The notes beneath the pieces were generated by a model. It was not told where the DNA came from. It saw nothing but the letters and a program-made list of their open reading frames with translations, and did not search any database. A stretch of DNA of 38,065 bases from a bacterium (lineage in GTDB: Bacteria; UBA6262; WVXT01). The DNA is taken from assembly GCA_046759165.1 (NCBI GenBank), contig JBHIBS010000017.1, positions 1 through 38,065 of the forward strand. The letters are read 5' to 3'. The translations under genes and the position numbers were made by a program. Positions 36,408 through 38,065 of the stretch are shown here, piece by piece. Each line of letters opens with the position of its first letter. The stretch's first letter is position 1.

Positions 36408-37208
36408 TTAACCGTCAATCTTGAGCCTCTTCTTCCCGATGTCATCGATTACCTTCTGGTGTCTTTTGCAAAATTCGGGCTTATTCAACTGCGCATTTAT
36501 CACTTCCTCCTGCCAGTGTGCATTATAAAGCCTACATTTGTTATCTTCACAAAAGGGCTCACCCGATATGGAAAAAAATAGAGCCTGCATGCAATAGCCT
36601 TTCATTACTTCGGTCAGCCGTGGATCGTCGTAGTCAATAAACTTCTCTCTAAATCTATTCTTCAGGGTAATTGTATCAATTCCCAATTGCTTCTGTAAAT
36701 AGAACTTTCTCGGCTTAGCTGGAGCTTCCACGATGCCTGTAGTGGAAATAATGGAGGGAAACCCATACACGCTTACCCGGGCATGGTAACGACGGTTATT
36801 TTCATCCCAAGTACCGAATAGTTGGTCTGTAAAAATAATCACCAGACAATGCCAGTTACGTTCTTCCTCTTTTATCAAGTCCTGATATAATGCCTGGAGC
36901 TTCAAGCCATCGTAAAGTATGCCAAAACTTCTATTCTCTGAATTTTGGAGTCTCCTTTTCTCGTATTCCACCTCAGCAGCTAGTGGATGAAAAGTGGGGT
37001 AGTGGCTGCGAAGGTCTCGAATCTTACATCTGGCTATCTCCTCAGCCAACTCTCTTAGGGAGGAATCCTCCATTCCCTTCGTAACTTCAGCAATGAAATT
37101 GCCCCTAACCTCAACCTTAACGCCACCCGACTTCTCCTTCAGATACCGCGCTATTTCCGTAATGTTTAGGGATTGAGTCTTGCTACCATCATAAAGAAAA
37201 ATTTTCAT
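36408..37208 (-). CDS. Uncharacterised archaemetzincin-like protein (DUF6775-like from memory)
   Basis: [19 protein letters not shown]-x4-C ([15 protein letters not shown]) and C-x2-H (FCKRH); no HExxH. Confidence 0.65.
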   Translation of the reverse strand: MKIFLYDGSKTQSLNITEIARYLKEKSGGVKVEVRGNFIAEVTKGMEDSSLRELAEEIARCKIRDLRSHYPTFHPLAAEVEYEKRRLQNSENRSFGILYDGLKLQALYQDLIKEEERNWHCLVIIFTDQLFGTWDENNRRYHARVSVYGFPSIISTTGIVEAPAKPRKFYLQKQLGIDTITLKNRFREKFIDYDDPRLTEVMKGYCMQALFFSISGEPFCEDNKCRLYNAHWQEEVINAQLNKPEFCKRHQKVIDDIGKKRLKIDG

Positions 37209-38002
37209 TTCTCCTTGATACTCAACTTTTCCAATACTATCTCCGCACCTCTCTTTCCAGAAAAAAGCATTGCACCAAAAGTAGGTCCCATCCTAGGAAG
37301 ACCATAAGTAGTGGCCACAGCCATGCCCACTACTACAAGGCCGGGATAGGCTTCCCCAGTATGCTCCACTACGAGATTCTCAGACCTCTCAAGCCACATT
37401 GCTCCAAAGCCCTCCATCTTTATTAGTTTCCTCTCTTCAAGTTTTCTCACTACCGAGGCATCGTGTCCAGTCGCATCGATTACCATTCTGGCTTCTAAGG
37501 CCACAGGGTCAACACAGGTGATCTCACGAGGTAAAGACGATATAGGAGTCCAGTTGACTACAGCACCATTCACTCTACCTCCTTCCCGGAGCACAAGGTC
37601 GTCAAAAACGGTCATACTGGCAAACTTCACACCACTGTCACAGGTAGCTCCAATAAGTTTCGAACAAGCATGAGGTCCATCTGCTACATAGAGCCCCTCG
37701 CTCACTTCCTCATACGGCACAGCCAGTTCTTCCAGGATTTTCTGTGCAGGTTCTCTCACTGTTATTTTATTCATTAAGTACCCACCAATCCAGAAACCCC
37801 CACCAAGATAATTATTTCTCTCTATAATTAAGACTTTAAGTCCTTTGGTGGCCAGTTCTTTTCCCGCCATTAGTCCACTGGGCCCACCACCCACAATAAG
37901 ACAATCGCTTTCCACATACTCGGAAAACTGCCTGGCAAACTCATCTACAATAGCTCGAGTAACCTCTTTTTCTCCCACTGGTGCAAATAGTTTCTTGTCC
38001 AT
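37205..38002 (-). CDS. thi4: Thi4-family adenosine-diphosphate thiazole synthase, Cys type
   Basis: [37 protein letters not shown]. Confidence 0.93.
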   Translation of the reverse strand: MDKKLFAPVGEKEVTRAIVDEFARQFSEYVESDCLIVGGGPSGLMAGKELATKGLKVLIIERNNYLGGGFWIGGYLMNKITVREPAQKILEELAVPYEEVSEGLYVADGPHACSKLIGATCDSGVKFASMTVFDDLVLREGGRVNGAVVNWTPISSLPREITCVDPVALEARMVIDATGHDASVVRKLEERKLIKMEGFGAMWLERSENLVVEHTGEAYPGLVVVGMAVATTYGLPRMGPTFGAMLFSGKRGAEIVLEKLSIKEK

Positions 38003-38065
38003 ATTCTTCTCCTTTCGCTTCGCTCAATCCGACCGGGGCGCTCACCGTCTCGCGCCCGCGCCTTT

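Noticed and set aside
276-37084. Short plus-strand ORFs and nested alternative-frame ORFs in the track (e.g. 276-473, 17184-17627, 20318-20599, 30181-30627, 36156-36581)
   Set aside because: Antisense or out-of-frame shadows of well-supported genes with no motifs; only rpmB is accepted on the + strand
38003-38065. TPP riboswitch upstream of thi4
   Set aside because: No CTGAGA or CCTGA..GCG.AGG core in the 63 visible bases, only a GGGCGC/GCGCCC hairpin (38036-38057); an aptamer could lie beyond the window

Overview
Almost entirely minus-strand chromosomal window from a probably anaerobic diderm bacterium (pilin, PorV-like and ligase-TPR sequences look Elusimicrobiota-like; inference). In transcription order (right to left): (1) a sulfur-incorporation operon: Cys-type thi4, a Cys/His-cluster archaemetzincin-like protein with no catalytic HExxH, the L-aspartate-semialdehyde sulfurtransferase/NIL-ferredoxin pair, an 8-mer tandem array, C-type mnmA and a PorV-like barrel; (2) rpmB divergent from recG-coaD, separated by a ~200-nt nested hairpin; (3) a Myxococcus/Geobacter-style type IV pilus cluster (pilB-T-C-A, ABC ATPase, permease, TPR protein, pilD, pilM-N-O-P-Q) with sigma70 promoters and no pilSR; (4) two O-antigen-ligase/TPR paralogues that both carry His->Tyr and Arg->Leu at usually conserved positions; (5) a GbsR/MarR regulator with an operator-like palindrome heading an AT-richer, partly decayed surface-glycan cluster (GT4s, two class I methyltransferases, a B12 radical SAM enzyme, an AsnB-type amidotransferase, frameshifted murJ, several gene remnants). 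No rRNA, tRNA, CRISPR or transposase was seen. Best candidates for undescribed biology: the thi4 + unknown metalloprotein + sulfide-utilisation operon, and the pilus-linked atypical ligases with a heavily modified glycan.
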